From: Phoronis australis
Lineage: Eukaryota > Animalia > Phoronida
Length of the DNA: 64,000 bases
Direction: 5' to 3'
NCBI GenBank assembly: GCA_002633005.1
Contig: NMRA01000420.1
Span: forward strand, 124,001 to 188,000
Shown piece by piece: positions 60,971 through 64,000 of the stretch. Position 1 is the stretch's first letter, and each line of letters opens with the position of its first letter. The notes beneath the pieces were generated by a model. That model did not search any database. It saw nothing but the letters and a program-made list of their open reading frames with translations, and was not told the origin of the DNA. A program made the translations under genes and the position numbers.

Positions 60971-63030
60971 CCCTGCAAGCGCCGAGCGGATTTTTAATGG
61001 AATTGGGGAAGCTACTGAGATTCAGCCGTGACTTAAATAAACAACTATTGAGTGCCACCTGAAATGTAGCTTTGTGACCTTTTTTGCTCATAGTCTTAGC
61101 GGAGGATTACCAACAGTCGTTTTTGGTGCGTTTGTAAACATTGGAAAGGTAGACCTGAGATATCTTAACGACACTGTCCTCAACACGTCAAACTGCAAGA
61201 CGACTTAGTGAGAACTCTTAGGCCAGTGGCTTTGATAGTCAAAAATCAGCCAATTTGTTATTTGCCTTTTCTAGACATTAGATTTTTCTGAGCATGTTTG
61301 CAAACTACAAACGGTCTTCAATTAGGCTCAAAGAGGCTCTGTTGATGAGACACGGGCGGAAGGGTTACTATATGATTAACTAATAAAGCGCACGATGATA
61401 GTCGACTTGAAGATAGGCTTATAATTAACAACCATTAAGGCTGAAGAGATACAGTAATTCATACTGCATCTAAGTGACTCGCTACCGATTAAAGACTTAG
61501 GAAAAATAATTTGCAACACAATAGAACCTATCGACGCATAAAGGTCTTGGTCCCATATATCGCAATTACAGTGAAATAGGTACAAAATTGATTGGTGACA
61601 TTGAGTACATCAAAGGCGTGTGATTTCTTCTCTAACATTTGACAGTTTTCACCATCCTATATCATTATCTGGTTTGAAGAATTCTTTTTATTTCTGACTC
61701 CGCGTAAATAACGTTAAGTATGTTCACTAGGTTGGAACTATTGAAAGTCTTGTGCACAACCGAGACGGTAATCTTGAAGTACTACAGCTGTAGCTGCCAT
61801 TTTCAAACACCTGTCGCTAGGTGGAGGTAGTCATGCTGTTCCAAACCGAATCTGAACAGCCGATATCACCCTTCAACCCTATTTATTGCCTCTCCCTGTT
61901 TCGTGTACAAATATCCTGAAGGGTTTCCTGGTTTTATTACCATAATCGAGAAAATGAAAGACAATAGGGTAGGACAACGATGAATACGAAACACATCGTC
62001 TTTGTACACGAATGGTATTCAGGCGATGACAACTCAAAAGAGTCAGTTGATTGGTAACGTAAAGTAAGCCTAGGAACCAATATGAGCACACACAACGATA
62101 TGCATTAAACAACTACATTTGAACAGTAGACTGGATGGAAATACTTCACTAAAATTGCAAGTCTCTCTCTTTCATTTTTGGCTCCGAACATGTAAATCAT
62201 TGGTTACCCGAACAAAAAAGTTGTGACCTTGATCTTAGTAATACACGTCAGTAGTACTGGTAATAAAAATAATTGCAGGCGATCTGGTACTCGTTGTACC
62301 AACCGTGCGGCGCTCAAGTGAGCGCATGGCACTGATCACCTGCAACCATTTTTATGCATTGTTAATAAAGTTAAAACGGAGCTGAGGAGCTAGAGACCTA
62401 ACTCAAGGGTGTAGCAATGTGCCCCAGTGGGACTCCAACCCAATGCCCTTGAGTAAAGGAAGCGAACTACTGCCTGATTGAATTAAAATTAATTATAAAT
62501 GGAACAGATCAAAGAATATCAAAAAAGCTAAGTTTATCAGCAGGTAAGCCTGATTTTGGGGGTGTGTCGGCTTCTCAAAGTATTTGCACTCAAACGTTAT
62601 CGGGATGAGGATATGATATCAGACGACCGCCATAAAGCAGACGTTGATAGAGCAGTTGCTCAAAGTATGGAACAGCCTGGCCACCAGGCAAATCATCAAC
62701 AAGATCTCGACAAGGGTTGCTCCCGTCACTTTGTCGTAATCGCAAAAACTTGCTTGCAAGTCCAGTTACAAATATCGACTAGGCGCAAAACATACAAAAT
62801 TCTGGCTAAAACCGACGGAAGTTTGTCTTTTGTTTTGACAATGGCTAAATTGCCAAGTAGTTCGGGCAAGAAATTCCTCCAATTTGGCAGAGTCTGACAG
62901 AATTCTAATTTATTTTATCTTTAGATTTATTGAGTGAATATTTCAACAATGATCATACCGAAAGACAAAAGGAGCCAAAGGGTGTTTCACAGATAAATCG
63001 CAAGAACACAGCTGCGTGTATCTATGACGT

Positions 63031-63283
63031 CATGCGCGCAACCAGCCTTTAATATGGGGGCTCGAATCTCTCTGACAAAGTGGACCTTTTGCGGGAGGAC
63101 TAAAAAAATATAAAAAATGAAAAAACGGGGCACCGCCTTCAGGACTGTGAACTGTGCGTCTGCGCCTTTTTAGTGGAATTTTGTCTCGTTTTCTCGGATT
63201 TCTTGTTTCTCTGAAGCGGACCTTTTTACTCACTTCGCCAAATGGGGGGGGGGGTTCATTCGAGTCCCCCGAGTGCGCGCATG
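63031..63283. mobile_element. MITE, CATGCGCGCA family, 5-bp TSD GACGT
   Basis: GACGT|CATGCGCGCA...TGCGCGCATG|GACGT. Confidence 0.8.
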
Positions 63284-63745
63284 GACGTATAACTAACACG
63301 AAGTACATATATACCGTCTATCAAAAATTCAAAGGTCCACTACACTTGCTCACATCCGCCGCCAAGCTAGCTAGTCAACAGTCTTTATCAGCAGGAATAT
63401 ATTGATCCAAAATGCCTAGTGTGCCAAAGTTTAACCATTAATTCGCAATATTTTATTCACTGAAATGAATGTGAACATGCTGCATGTCATTTTGCGGTGA
63501 TCAACTCAGAAGTAAGTACGTGGTGATACAGCGGTGCAACAAATATAGCACCTATCGGTTAAATACGGATTTTCCGAAGTATTTCTTCATTTGACGTAAC
63601 AATTATGCACGTTAATTCGTTTTTATTGAAATTGTGCGTTTTGTTTTTCACAGCGTATATTTATGTCAGTGCAATGCGGTTTGTTGAACATGAGATTATT
63701 GCGCGTGCTCATTTAAGTATTCAATTTTCACGTTCGATGACGTCA

Positions 63746-63822
63746 GCTGCTGAGTGGTGCAGTAGTAAAGTCGACGACTCGAAACTCTTGCGGACCGGGT
63801 TCGAAACCGGCCTCGATTTCCC
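63746..63822 (+). mobile_element. tRNA-derived SINE head
   Basis: A box TGGTGCAGTAG and B box GGTTCGAAACC, but no proper cloverleaf. Confidence 0.55.
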
Positions 63823-64000
63823 GCCAAAATGTTATCTAAATGGATTATTGGCCATTCGAAGCTGGTATTGTGGTATAAGTGTTTGTTATACCATGTATAC
63901 ACAAAACGTAATGAGAGTGGCGTAGATGAGGAATGCATACTATCCCACCTCCGAAGGTCAAAGCCAAGTGGGATATTACTTCATCTACGCCAATCGAGAT

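Noticed and set aside
63746-63822. Second tRNA gene
   Set aside because: A and B boxes are present but acceptor and anticodon stems do not pair; treated as a SINE head.

Overview
AT-rich, intron-containing animal (invertebrate, probably bilaterian) genomic DNA from a draft assembly; it is not prokaryotic and has no CRISPR array. Supported genes: (1) a single-coding-exon type II membrane WSC-domain + CHST-type carbohydrate sulfotransferase (+, 7079-8491); (2) a complete 10-exon, 410-aa divergent Gs-class G-protein alpha subunit most like Galpha-f (-, 20136-11224), reconstructed by hand with all GT-AG sites and reading frames consistent; (3) a 3-coding-exon, ~350-aa protein I could not assign to a family, built from eight ~36-aa repeats (+, 27783-31098), with an RFX X-box-like site upstream; (4) an intron-containing tRNA-Leu(CAA) (36827-36948). 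Weaker candidates are a TATA/CRE promoter at ~52.9 kb, a 62-aa CxxC...CxxC micro-protein (54763-55458) and a minus-strand spliced unit near 50.4-50.7 kb. The rest is non-autonomous DNA transposons (P/THAP relic, 5-bp-TSD and 8-bp-TSD hAT-like MITEs, TA- and TTAA-type MITEs, foldbacks), tRNA-derived SINE heads and two minisatellites. Two tandem duplications meet at single n characters and are probably uncollapsed haplotypes. Everything was read by eye; no database searches were run.
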